Origin: Mobula hypostoma
Lineage: Eukaryota
NCBI RefSeq assembly: GCF_963921235.1
Contig: NC_086103.1
Location: forward strand, 66,712,001-66,776,000
Direction: 5' to 3'
DNA length: 64,000 nucleotides
Shown one piece after another: positions 1-11,800 of the stretch. Numbering within the stretch: the first letter of the stretch is position 1; the number at the start of each line of letters is the position of its first letter. Made by a program: the position numbers and the translations under genes. Under the pieces are notes generated by a model. That model had not been told where the DNA came from. It searched no databases and saw nothing but the letters and a program-made list of their open reading frames with translations.

Positions 1-377
1 AGCATCTTGGACCTCCAGAAAGTGGTCCACAGCAGGGGTGATTGATATGTTCGTGGCCTAAAGTAGAAGGAGGTGAGTTATACAGCTCTTGTTACATGCA
101 TGTTCAGTTCAACTCTTTGAGTGATTATGCAGAAAGTTTGAAGTTAATAAATCATCTCCTTCTACCTTAGGCTGTGAACTTATCAATCACCCCTGCTGTG
201 GACCACCTTTTGGAGGTCCAAGATGTTGACTCCTACAAAGAAGGGATCCATATGCTCCACAACTGCTGGACTAAGTGTGTAAATGTAGGAGGGACTATGT
301 TGAAAAATAAATGTGCTAGGTTTTCTAAAATTGACTCCTTCTACCTTAGGCCACAAACTTATCAATCACCCCTTGTA
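1..377 (+). mobile_element. Non-autonomous mariner-type DNA transposon remnant (left end outside window) with nested inverted repeats
   Basis: TIR-like GGGGTGATTGAT..GGCCTAAAGTAGAAGGAG at ~35-72, with inverted copies at ~157-194 and ~335-372, then TTGTA ending in TA at 376-377. About 234-310 encodes YKEGIHMLHNCWTKCVNVGG, then DYVEK after a frameshift, a typical mariner transposase C-terminus. Confidence 0.8.
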
Positions 378-784
378 GTCTACCCTGGCCTCCATCAGAT
401 TTAGTGTTTTTTAAGAAGAGTTCTAAAGCTGAAAACATTTCACAAAATGAGCTGTGCTATGGATAAATCGAACTGAATTGCTCAATTTCAATGACTATAA
501 TTTCAATGTGGTTATATAAACAAGAAGTACATACATATTTCTGCACCCTGGTATGCTTTGCACTGTCCCTCAATAACAAACTCAACAAGAGAGCCATGGA
601 AAATCATGGAAAATGCGGAATAGAATGCATTTGTTAATGATTACTATGGCAGAAAGATATGACATTGTATTACAATGAATTAAAGTGGCAGTGATGGGTT
701 AATTACGAGTAGTGAAAAGTGAATTGATGTGAGGAAAATGCTCAGAGAAGGCAGATGGATGAACAATAAAATGTGCGTCAGTAA

Positions 785-920
785 GCCACTGAACTACCAC
801 CTGGTGGCTCTGATATCCACCATCTTGAAGTGCTTCACGAGACTGCTCATGTCAAGCATCAACCCCATGCTCCCAGACAGCCTTGACGCACTGCAATTTG
901 TCTACAGGTAGAACAGGTTC
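785..920 (+). mobile_element. Rex1/Babar-like LINE RT fragment
   Basis: Translates as LNYHLVALISTILKCFTRLLMSSINPMLPDSLDALQFVYR, similar to the recalled NDYRPVALTSIIMKCFERLV..LDPLQFAYR. Confidence 0.7.
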
Positions 921-1124
921 ACAGTATTCACTTTCCCGTATACGTAGCCAGAAATCCCCATAATTGTATCTCTGCTTCACTTATCCCTACAAAACAATTT
1001 TTAGCATGATTTGAGAAAACGCTTCCTTGCATTTCCTAATGATGTTATTAGTGGCTCTATGCTGGATTTTCAAACCTCTACATGTCAAAATACACTATCA
1101 TACTGCTACCTTAGAAAGACAAGA

Positions 1125-2440
1125 TAATAACTAGTATCTGATGGCTGAGATTTACCACCATGAAGTGCTTTGAGAGGCAGGTCATGGCATGCATTGATTC
1201 CAGTCCCCTAGACAACTTTGACCCGTTTCAATTTGCCTGCCACCAAAAGGGGTCTACAGTAGGTATAATCTTCCTGGAACTACACTCATCTCTGATACAT
1301 CTGGTCAGTAAAGACACCTATGTCTTTACTGATATTGATAACAGCTTCACCTTCAGTAAAATAATACCAAGCAAACTCCTCTCTAAACTCCTAGACTTGG
1401 GACGCAGCACCTCCCTGTGCAAATTGATGCTCAACTTGCTGAACAATGGACCGCAATCAGTAAGGATAGGCAGCAACACCTCTGTAATGATTATTCTCAA
1501 TGCTGGTGCCCCATGAGAATGCGTCCACAGCCGCTTACTCTGCTTCCTGTACACTTACGACAGTGTGGCCAGCTTCTGCTTTAACTCCATCCATAAGTTT
1601 GCATACAATGCCACTATAGTGGGCTGTATGTCAAATAATGATGTGTCAGGTTACAGGAAGGAAACGGAGAGTGTAGTAACATCGTGACGTGACAACAGCT
1701 TTTCCCTCCTTCTCAGTAAAGCAAAAGTGCTGGACATTGACTTCAGGAAGGGGGCGGGCAGTGGGCAGAGTATATGCTCCTGCTTGTATCAATGGTCAAA
1801 AAGGTTGAGAGTTTCAAGTCCCTAGGAATGAATATTATCAATAGCCTGCTCTGGTATAACTACATTGAGGTCACGGCCAAGAAAGCTTGCCAGTGTCTCT
1901 GCTTCCTCAGGACGCTAATGAAACTTTGCATCCCTCTTTGGACCTTCAATAATTCTTATTACTGTCCAATAGAAGGCACCTTCTCTGGATGTGTCATGCT
2001 TGGTATGGCAACAGCTCTGTCTGTGACTGCAACAAACTGCAGAGAACTGTGGACACAGCTCAGCATATCACTCTCTGTCGAATCTGTCTACAATTCTTGC
2101 TGCCTTAGTAAACCAGTTGGCATAATTAAAGACCCCACTTACCCCAGGCATGCTCTCCTCCACCCCTGCCTATCAGGCAGAAGATGGAAAAACTTGAAAG
2201 CACACATCACCAGGCTCATGGACAGCTTCCAACCCATTGTAGTAACTCATTGAGTGTTTGAAAAGATTGTCTCTTGACTTCACAATCTACCTTGTACCTT
2301 GCTCCTTATTCTCTACCCACTGTAGCTGTGACACTTCCCTTTGTGCTATCCCTTTATGAACTGATCTGCATGAACTTTATGCAAGACAAGTTTTGCCCTG
2401 TATCTTGGTACATGTCACAAGAATAAATCAATTTGCCAAT
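1125..2440 (+). mobile_element. Rex1/Babar-like LINE, degraded RT to 3' end
   Basis: MKCFERQV..FDPFQFA..KIIPSKLLSKLLDLG..PQSVRIGSNTS..LNAGAP; downstream IKDPTYPRHALL..LSGRRWKNLKAHITRLMDSF; AATAAA near 2422. Confidence 0.85.
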
Positions 2441-4129
2441 TTACTAACTTAGGTTCACAAACTAATTGGGGTATTGAAATCACTTGTGGCTCTGAATTAA
2501 GGAGAATGGAAGCATATTTGCGCTGCCAACTTTCTACCTTCAGCCAGACCTTTTGGTCTCACTTCTTGCTCCAATTAGTAGGGAAAACAATCCCCCTGTA
2601 GGCTCTTATAGCCCTCAACATCATATCAAGTAATGAGATATTGATTGAGAAGTACACTTATTTTCCATTGTTATCCTGCCCCATACAGAGCACTTTTAAG
2701 TACATGTTTACAATGTGACATATATAGAAAAGCTGCACCTGATTTGTGCATCTTGCCCTGTCAGACTGATCAACAATCAGTTGCTATTAGTCATGAAAAC
2801 AATTTGAACTTCACACATATCGTTCCCCCTGAACTTACTTTTAAGGAAAAGTTAACTCCAAAAATCATGACTTGGTCCTCCACACTGGCATCTCCTGGTG
2901 GGGACGTGACCTGGAGACAGCTGGTTAAATTATGCACCAAATTTATCAAACTGTCAAAGCTGTCAAATACTTTACAGGATTCTGAATGTTTTGGATTTCC
3001 GGACACATTTCTTATTAAAAAATTGTTAAAATACGAGCAAACTACTAAAATTAATTATTGAATCTTTTAAAAATGGATTCAGTTATTAAAAATGCAAAAT
3101 GAAAATGAACTAACTTTTGAGGAAAGCTAAATTAATGCTTACTTTAGTCCCTTGCAGCTGTGCCCCTCCATTGAAGTGAGAAGCTGTCTCTATGGCAGAT
3201 CTGGATTGTTTGAGTGAATTCCCCACCTAAAACGGTAGGGAATTGCTGCAATTTCGCCCTTGCTCACTGGGTTCCATAAGGAGTTCAATGCTCACAGCTG
3301 TTCAGCTATTAACAGCCGACTGAAACAACAGGAATTCCACATTTGCAGGGAAATCCTGACATTGCAAATGGATCTGCAGGCATATTGGGAGTTTTGAGGA
3401 GATCTGCCAACATTTTCCCTGCAAAATCTGAACTTGTAGGCTAGCACCACGGGTTAACAAAGTTCCGACAAACATGCCGCAGTCTCTTTCCTTTTGCCAG
3501 TCCCTACAGGGACTGGAGGAGTAGTCCAATTAGTCTAATGCCTACTATGTAGATCTCCCAATGTGAAGCACAGTGACAAAAATGCCCATTTTACATTGCT
3601 TATCTGCATAATTTAGTGATAAAATTACCATTAGATTTCATGAACAGATGTGTTTATATGAATTTCATTGGAAGAAGAATTAAAAAATCAAACCACCCAA
3701 CAACTGCGAATTAAGTGGGATTCCTTTAGCTTTCCCTTTGATGCCCAATTGGCATCATCTTTAGGTGTCTTCATAAATGAGAGGGTAATGGTTCTGCTTT
3801 ACCCATAGATTTAGGCCATTCAGCTCTAGAAAGTGATTCTGTTAGTTCATGATCTGTAAATAATTGGCATTTCTCCATATTGCTCACCAATCAAAAAACA
3901 TCTATCCATGTTGGACATGTATGAAAATCAATGTACCTTGTTTTAGAAAGATGGGTCTAAAGTGGCCAAAGAACATTACTCTTTAAAGGGAGTTCAGAAG
4001 GTTGCCCAAACAAGGAAGTTCTTTAGCTTGTCCTGTTTAGGACCTGCCACTTGCTAACTACATACTTCAATACTGTTGATCTCATTATTCTTTTTCCTTC
4101 CGGTTTTACTTTGTGAATCTATGGCCAAT

Positions 4130-4580
4130 AGATGTCTCGTGGCCAATATTTATTCCTCACTCAACACTCGGCTGTCTGTAAGGAGTTTGTACGTTCTCCC
4201 CGTGGCCGCATGGGTTTCCTCCGGGTGCTCCGGTTTCCTCCCACAGTCCAAAGACGTAACGGCTGGTAGGTCAACTGCTCATTGTAAGTCGTTCTGCGAT
4301 TAGGCTCAGATTAAATCAGGGGATTGCTGGGCAGCGTGGGCCAAAGGTCCAGAAGGGCCTACTCCGTGCAGTATCTCCATCAATAAATAAATAAATAAAT
4401 GTTACTTAAACTCACTATCCTGTTATTTTAATGTTCACATTTGTTGGGAGTTTACTCTGCTCAAACTAAACACTGTTTTCTACTTCACAATAGCACTTCC
4501 ACTACAAAACTGGCTGCAAAATGCTTCAGAATACCCAGAGATAAGATGTAGTCTATATAAATGCAGGACTTTTTGTTCTT
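4130..4580 (+). mobile_element. SacSINE1/DeuSINE-like remnant (3' half), interrupted by a V-SINE
   Basis: GTGGCCAATATTTATTCCTCACTCAACA at ~4139-4166, and after the V-SINE, TTGTTGGGAG...TGGCTGCAAAATGCTT...TATATAAATGCAGG. Both resemble the recalled Deu-domain and tail consensus. Confidence 0.5.
4170..4400 (+). mobile_element. V-SINE (HE1-like), 5'-truncated
   Basis: V-domain TGGGTTTCCTCCGGGTGCTCCGGTTTCCTCCCACAGTCCAAAGAC and an (AATA)n tail at 4382-4399. Confidence 0.8.
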
Positions 4581-5186
4581 TTCATTGTGACACGGATTTG
4601 ATGACCAGCCACACTGGAGTTAATCAGTTTGCTGGATAGTTTATATAGCATCAAATGCCTGTTTAATTAGACATTTTACTGGTCACAAGGCTCTACAATT
4701 TGCAGCACTTAGAGTACTTACATTTACAGCTGCTGGTGTTAGAAATGGATGTATAAACAATAAGGCTTTAAACCGCCAGGAAATGATTAGAACTGTTTTT
4801 TCTTGGAAATGTTGACTCATCACAGCTTCTCCAACTGGTTCTTCTTGTCCAGTGCCTTATCTGGTAAAATTAACAATAGCAGATTTCTGCTGCAGGATAC
4901 ACAACCTCTTCCAAATAAATGGAGCGGGTCTTCCACTACATTGCAGTCATCAGCCGCCTGTGCCCCAGGCTTTGCCGCCTTTTCATACGTGGGTCTGGAC
5001 ACAGTCCTCTGGTTCCCCCTCATTACCAAGGCTCTCGGTACTTATTCTTTCCCAATGCAAGTGGCCAGATACACTGACAAAACAGCTCTGACAGCCAGCA
5101 AGGTCCTGCCAGGTGTTGAGCCTATTATTCAATACGACTCAGAGCCTGTTAAAGACATAAAGTTACAAAATTAACCTTGGTGTTAG

Positions 5187-5188
<2 letters not shown>

Positions 5189-5222
<34 letters not shown>
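5189..5222. repeat. (CA)n microsatellite
   Basis: About 17 uninterrupted AC units. Confidence 0.95.
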
Positions 5223-5224
<2 letters not shown>

Positions 5225-5294
5225 CCCCAATGTAAATCAAATAAAAATCTCTATTTCTTTTACTCCTGTCATCTGATAGCCCTCTTTATTTGTG

Positions 5295-5820
5295 TCACAG
5301 TGTGGAATAGGCCCTTCTGGCCCTTCAAGCCTTGTTGCCCAACAATTCCCCAATTTACATAAGAACGTAAGAAATAGGAGCAGGAGTCGGCCATCTGGCC
5401 CGTCGAGCCTGCTCCGCCATTCAATAAGATCATGGGTGACCTGGCCATGGACTCATCTCCACCTACCTGCCTTTTCTCCACAACCCTTAATTCCCCTACT
5501 GTGCAAAAATCTATCCAACCTTGTCTAAAATATTTACTGAGGTAGCCTCCACTGCTTCATTGGGCAGAGAATTCCACAGATTCACCACTCTCTGGGAAAA
5601 GCAGCTCCTCCTCATCTCCGTCCAAATACTGGCTTAATCATGGGACAATATACAATGACCAATTAACCTACTAATTGGTATGTCTTTGGACTGTGGGAGG
5701 AGGCTGGAGCACCCAAAGGAAACCCATGCGGTCACGGCGGGAACGTACAAACACCTTACAGGCAGTGGCAGGAAATGAACCTGGGTCACCTGTACTGTAA
5801 CGCATTGTGCTAACCACTAA
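5295..5820 (-). mobile_element. V-SINE (HE1-like) split by a CR1 3' fragment
   Basis: Reverse-complement V-domain at ~5685-5745 and tRNA-like head at ~5760-5820; the tail resumes left of 5358. Confidence 0.7.
5358..5626 (-). mobile_element. CR1 LINE 3' fragment
   Basis: The reverse complement encodes the FSQRVVNLWNSLP C-terminus followed by the CR1 3' UTR (GGCCGACTCCTGCTCCTATTTCTTA) and a short-repeat tail. Confidence 0.85.
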
Positions 5821-6079
5821 GTAATGGGTCTGCGAGTTGCAGAATCTTTTCCTCACCGCTAAGTTCAGGTTGTGATCTCTACTCTTCTCCTAACTTCGGG
5901 TGCATTGCTTAATCGCCCAAATCCCTCCCTGACTTCAGGTGCTTTCTCAATTACTACCACCTTGGTCCTGAGTTCTGTTTTACCCAGACTCCATACTGTC
6001 AAAGACCAAAGCTTAGCCACTAATTAGTTCTGATCTCAGAAGAATGAAGTGATCTGCTAGCGTAGGGGAAAAAGAATGG

Positions 6080-6420
6080 TAAATTGGGAATTTGATTTAC
6101 TGTTGTCACATGTACTGAAAAACATATCTTGCAAACTGTCTGTTCAGATCAATTCGTTACAACAAAATGCAGGAAAAAGTGATACAACTTCAGATGAAGT
6201 GCAGCAAGGTGCAAGTTCACAGTGAGGTAAGTGGTGAGGACAAGAGTCCATCTTATCGTGCTTGTCAACCATTCAATAGTCACAACAGTGGGACAGAAAC
6301 TTTCCTTGATCCTGGTGGTACATGCTTTCAGGCTTTTGTATCTTCTGCCTGATGTGAGGGGGTAGTAGAGAGATTGTCTGGTTAGGTCTTGCCAGTTTAA
6401 GATGGTGTTGTTGAGACACA
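6080..6420 (-). mobile_element. Rex1/Babar-like LINE 3' end
   Basis: Minus ORF contains PLTSGRRYKSLKACTTRIKESFCP. Confidence 0.75.
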
Positions 6421-7411
6421 GTGACATTGTACTGGCCTCAAACAAACCTACTAGCTACTCTATTAATCACATTTTTTTCTGGACAACAATAACTGCAATC
6501 AATTGCCTGTAACCTCCCTCTCAGAGCTGTATGGCCTGTCATTTCTGTGGTGTGAACTGGAGTCTTGAAGGTGCAGTAAGGTTGTAAGTGGCGGATATGG
6601 GTCGAATCGATGTGGCAGAGCTCAGGTCCGAGAGCAAGGAAGGAGTCAATGTTTGACCATTGCTGGAACAGACCTCAGGCCGAATTGAAGGAAAAGGACC
6701 CAGGATCAAGAACAAGGAATGAACCAGTGTCTGGCTGATTTCAGTGCCAACCAGATTGAAAAGGTCGTCGTGTCAGGGCCGAAGATAAGGGATGGGCTTG
6801 TGTTCAGCTCGATCCTCTACGAGGTTTACTTGTTTCTGCGCTGAACTGAGGCTGTGGCCTACTACCAACAATCTCCTGAAATGGCTGCAGCAATGAACTG
6901 GCCTCGTGCCTGTGGACTCACTTTCATGAAATTTAGTTCTGAGGGTTATTTGCTTACATTTTATTGCTTGCACAATTTGTTGTTTTTTTTTGCACATTGG
7001 GTGTTTGATGGTCTTTTTTTTAAATGAGTTTTACTGGGTTTCTTGTTTTGTGGTTGCCTGTAAGGAGACGAATCTCAAGGTTGTATATAGTATGTCGTGG
7101 CTATCCATCGAGGTCGAGCATGATGGTCTTCGTTCTGAAGAAGTGGCCCACAGAGGGAAGATGCCTGTGCGTGTATTTGTTTAAGGTGTACTTGATGTTG
7201 CACTCCAAGAAGCTCACAATACATCTCAAATCAACCAGCTGATTCCAATGGCATGGCAACCACGACAATTGGAGTTGATGGATTTGTTCCAGCCTTCATC
7301 CGCCTTTACAGCCATTGAGTTCGAAGTAACTTTGTCCGTCTGTTCCACTGTTGAGGTCTTGGTTGGATTGTTCTTTGTCAGGGACCTCACCCTCGACCTT
7401 ACCGCCATGGG

Positions 7412-8500
7412 TGTCACAATGGGAGATGCTGGGAATGGACCCAAGTGCAAGACACAGACACTGAAGTACAAGGAACAGGACTTGACTAGAGTAGGGACGT
7501 GACAGGATACAGGTAAGGAGCAAGGATAAGAACTCAGACTTCGGCTAGGACATGGACTAGACAGGGAACCCGGACTAGGAACCATGAACTAGGAGCCTGG
7601 GCTTGGGAAAGTGGGACCAGGACAAGGAACCATGAACGAGGAGCCTGGGCTTGGGAAAGCGAGACCAAGACTAGGAACCATGATCAAGGAGCCTGGGCTT
7701 GGACTCCGAGCCAGAGACTGGACAAGGACCCAGAACCTGGGTCTTGCCTTGGGCTCGGACCCCAGAACTAGGTAAGGACATGAAGTGGCTGGGGTCTTGA
7801 AGCTTGGGACTGGGGTCTTGGGGGGCTGGGGTCTTGAGGCTTGAGGGTGCAGGCTGGGGTCTTGGAATGCGGAGGTTGATAACTTGGAGGTGGAAGCTTG
7901 GAAACAGACTGGGAACTGTACATCAACATAGAGCCGGGACTAATCCTTAGACAAGCTGGGGCTAACTTTATCTCCACACCAAGGTGGGACAGGTCTATCC
8001 ATCAGGTAACAGCAACACGGCCAGACTTACTCAACAGAGGCAAAGACAAGACAAGACAGGTCCCCCCGCAGGGCAATGGCAAAACGGCCTGACTTACCCC
8101 ACTTAGGCAGGACAAGAAGAGACAAACACCGAAGAACGACAGACAGTTCCATCTCTGCATCGGGGTTGCTCCGAGTCGCAGTTACAGCCAGCAACCTTGG
8201 CTGGCTATGGAAACAGCCGGATCCCGACCTAGCTCGGAGTGGCTGACTCCATACCACAAAGACAGCTTCGACTACCGACAGCGAGTCTCCAAGAAGTGAT
8301 GTTCTCCAGTGCGGCCTAAAGATGTCAAGTGGCTGCTCCTAGGGAATCTTGACAAGACAAACCAGCAGCCCACACTTCACCCCAAGGCTACTCATATTCC
8401 AAGCCCCAAGATGGGAATCAAGTGCCTATGATTAACCCAACCGGAAAAAAGGGACAGCTGGAAGACCCGGAGTCCTGAGTCCACAGACCGGACCGTGATA
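7412..8500 (-). mobile_element. Probable solo LTR (1089 bp) with 5-bp TSD ATGGG
   Basis: Starts TGTCAC and ends GTGATA (GTGACA with one change). ATGGG occurs at 7407-7411 and 8501-8505, and the host element is contiguous once the insert is removed. No coding domains. Strand is inferred from a TATA-like motif and is tentative. Confidence 0.75.
7575..7703. repeat. 48-bp tandem repeat, ~2.7 copies, inside the solo LTR
   Basis: C(T/A)AGGAACCATGA..AGGAGCCTGGGCTTGG starts at 7575, 7623 and 7671. Confidence 0.9.
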
Positions 8501-8719
8501 ATGGGTGACCCTACCAGAAGCATAGCTCCAGACGGCATTGCTCTCGGGATCACAGGACTACACAAGCCCCTCCACCACGACAAGGTGACAATCCACGGAG
8601 AAGATACAGTATGTATACTTTGATAATAAATATACTTTGAACTTTGGCTAAGGTGGGTGGTGTGTAATGCTGGCTGCTTTCCCCAGACAGCGAGAAGTAC
8701 AGATAGAGTCCATGGAGGA

Positions 8720-8812
8720 AAGCAACACACAAGAAATGCTGGAGGAGCTCTGCAGATCAGGCAGCATCTGTGGAAAGAGTGACGTTTTGGGGCAAGACCC
8801 TTCAACAGGACT
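8720..8812 (-). mobile_element. Penelope-like element terminal (pLTR) fragment
   Basis: AAATGCTGGAGGAGCTC..CAGGCAGCATC..GACGTTTTGGGGCAAGACCCTTCAACAGGACT is the same motif family as at 22865-22995. Confidence 0.7.
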
Positions 8813-8814
8813 CA

Positions 8815-11800
8815 TGGTAGGGAGGCTGATTTATGTGATGTGCTGAACTAAGATTGCAGTTTCTTGTAGTCATAGGCAGAACAGTTGCCATAGCAACCCA
8901 TGATGCATCTGAATATGGTGCATTGATAAAAGTTGGTGAGGGTCAAACTGGACGTGCAAAACTTCTTTAGCTTCTTGATGAGCTTTCTTGGCCGTGGTGT
9001 CAATGTGGTTAGACCAGGACAAGTTACTGGTGATATTCACTTCTAGGAACTAGGAACTCTCTCTCAACCCTGTCAACCATAGAATGGTTGATGTAGACAG
9101 GAGCATGAGCACCACCATCCTTCCTGATGACAATGACAGCTTTTTAAAACTTTTGATGACATAGAGGGAAACTTGGTATCATAACACTTGTCACTCATTT
9201 CTCTTTTTCTTTACCGTAGTCATTATTTGAGATACGCCCTGGTACTGCAATCGTAGATGCAGTTAGAGGAGAATCTGGACATATAGTCATGAGTGTTGGG
9301 GTAGAGTAGATGGTTGATTCATGAGTGTATGGGGTAGAGTAGAGAGTTGAGGCAGGAGTGTATGGGGTAGAGTAGAGGGCTGAGGCAGGAGTGTATGGGG
9401 TAGAGTAGAGGGCTGAGACAGGAGAGTATGGGGTAGAGTAGAGGGTTGATTCATGAGTGTATGGGGTAGAGTAGAGGGCTGAGGCAGGAGTGTATGGAGT
9501 AGAGTAGAGGGTTGAGGCATGAGTGTATGGGGTAGAGTAGAGGGTTGATTCATGAGTGTATGGGGTAGAGTAGAGGGTTGAGGTAGGAGTGTATGGAGTA
9601 GAGTAGAGGGTTGAGGCATGAGTGTATGGGGTAGAGTAGAGGGTTGAGGCATGAGTGTATGGGGTAGAGTAGAGGGCTGAGGCAGGAGTGTTATAGGGTA
9701 GAGTAGAGGGTTGAGGCAGGAGTGTATGGGGTAGAGTAGAGGGCTGAGACAGGAGTGTATGAGGTAGAGTAGAGAGTTGAGGCAGGAGTGTTATAGGGTA
9801 GAGTAGAGGGCTGAGGCAGGAGTGTTATAGGGTAGAGTAGAGGGCTGAGGCAGGAGTGTATGGGGTAGAGTAGAGGGCTGAGACAGGAGAGTATGGGGTA
9901 GAATAGAGCACTAAGGCAGGAGTGTATGGGGTAGAGTAGAGGGTTGATTCATGAGTGTATGTGGTAGAGTAGAGGGCTGAGGCAGGAGTGTATGGGGTAG
10001 AGTAGAGGGCTGAGGCAGGAGTGTATGGGGTAGTGTAGAGGGTTGAGGCAGGAGTGTATGGGGTAGAGTAGAGGGCTGAGGCAGGAGTGTATGGGGTAGA
10101 GTAGAGGGCTGAGGCAGGAGTGTATGGGGTAGAGTAGAGGGATGAGGCAGGAGTGTATGGGGTAGAGTAGAGGGCTGAGGCAGGAGTGTATGGGTAGAGT
10201 AGAGGGTTGAGGCAGGAGTGTATGGGGTAGAGTAGAGGGCTGAGACAGGAGTGTATGAGGTAGAGTAGAGGGTTGAGACAGGAGTGTATGGAGTAGAGTA
10301 GAGGACTGAGGCATGAGTTTATGGGGTAGAGTAGAGAGCTGAGGCAGGAGTGTATGGGGTAGAGTAGAGGGTTGAGGCAGGAGTATATGGGGTAGAGTAG
10401 AGGGTTGAGGCAGGAGTGTATGGGGTAGAGTAGAGGGCTGATTCATGAGTGTACGGGGTAGAGTAGAGGTTGAGGCAGGAGTGTATGGGGTAGAGTAGAG
10501 GGTTGAGGCAGGAGTGTATGGGGTAGAGTAGAGGGCTGAGGCATGAGTGTATGGGGTAGAGTAGAGAGCTGAGGCAGGAGTGTATGGGGTAGAGTAGAGG
10601 GTTGAGGCAGGAGTATATGGGGTAGAGTAGAGGACTGAGGCAGGAGTGTATGGGGTAGAGTAGAGAGTTGAGGCAGGAGTGTATGGGGTAGTGTAGAGAG
10701 CTGAGGCAGGAGTGTATGGGGTAGAGTAGAGGGTTGAGGCAGGAGTGTATGGGGTAGAGTAGAGGGCTGAGGCATGAGTGTATGGGGTAGTGTAGAGGGC
10801 TGAGGCAGGAGTGTATGGGGTAGTGTAGAGAGCTGAGGCAGGAGTGTATGGGGTAGAGTAGAGGGTTGAGGCAGGAGTGTATGGGGTAGAGTAGAGGGCT
10901 GAGGCAGGAGTGTATGGGGTAGAGTAGAGAGTTGAGGCAGGAGTGTATGGGGTAGAGTAGAGAGTTGAGGCAGGAGTGTATGGGGTAGAGTAGAGGGCTG
11001 AGGCACGAGTGTATGGGGTAGAGTAGAGGGTTGAGGCAGGAGTATATGGGGTAGAGTAGAGGACTGAGGCAGGAGTGTATGGGGTAGAGTAGAGGGCTGA
11101 GGCAGGAGTGTATGGGGCAGAGTAGAGGGTTGAGGCAGGAGTGTATGGGGCAGAGTAGAGAGTTGAGGCAGGAGTGTATGGGGTAGAGTAGAGGGCTGAG
11201 GCATGAGTGTATGGGGTAGTGTAGAGAGCTGAGGCAGCAGTGTATGGGGTAGAGTAGAGGGTTGAGGCAGGAGTGTATGGGGTAGAGTAGAGGACTGAGG
11301 CAGGAGTGTATGGGGTAGAGTAGAGGGCTGAGGCAGGAGTATGGGGTAGAGTAGAGAGTTGAGGCAGGAGTGTATGGGGTAGAGTAGAGAGTTGAGGCAG
11401 GAGTGTATGGGGTAGAGTAGAGGGCTGAGGCACGAGTGTATGGGGTAGAGTAGAGAGCTGAGGCAGGAGTGTATGGGGTAGAGTAGAGGGTTGAGCAGGA
11501 GTATATGGGGTAGAGTAGAGGACTGAGGCAGGAGTGTATGGGGTAGAGTAGAGGGCTGAGACAGGAGTGTATGAGGTAGAGTAGAGGGTTGAGGCAGGAG
11601 TGTATGGGGTAGAGTAGGGGGCTGAGGCATGAGTGTATGGGGTAGAGTAGAGGGTTGAGGCAGGAGTGTATGGGGTAGAGTAGAGAGTTGAGGCAGGAGT
11701 GTATGGGGTAGAGTAGGGGGCTGAGGCATGAGTGTATGGGGTAGAGTAGAGAGCTGAGGCAGGAGTGTATGGGGTAGAGTAGAGGGTTGAGGCAGGAGTG

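Larger units (their letters stand above)
7095..8603 (-). mobile_element. Short internally deleted RTE derivative (~415 bp once the solo LTR is removed)
   Basis: The 3' end (rc of ~7094-7137, CAGAACGAAGACCATCATGCTCGACCTCGATGGATAGCCACGAC) matches the RTE 3' end at ~49871-49916. The 5' end GGATTGTCACCTTGTCGTGGTGGAGGGG resembles recalled RTE/Expander 5' UTRs. Probable TSD ATATAGTATG (7085-7094) / ATACAGTATG (8604-8613). Confidence 0.8.
6560..8646 (+). mobile_element. Non-coding retroelement with a Rex1/Babar-type 3' tail, split at ~7094/8604 by nested insertions
   Basis: GAATCTCAAGGTTGTATATAG (~7070-7090) resumes as TACTTTGATAATAAATATACTTTGAACTTTG (8616-8646). The same tail lies on the minus strand at ~58730-58820, attached to Rex1 coding sequence. 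Confidence 0.6.

Noticed and set aside
3217-3244. Small hairpin AATTCCCCACC-TAAAAC-GGTAGGGAATT
   Set aside because: Short and imperfect; expected by chance, with no recognisable RNA family.
4800-5176. Overlapping ORFs and a good minus-strand acceptor at ~5146
   Set aside because: All three frames stop within seven codons after the acceptor, and no ORF resembles a protein I know.
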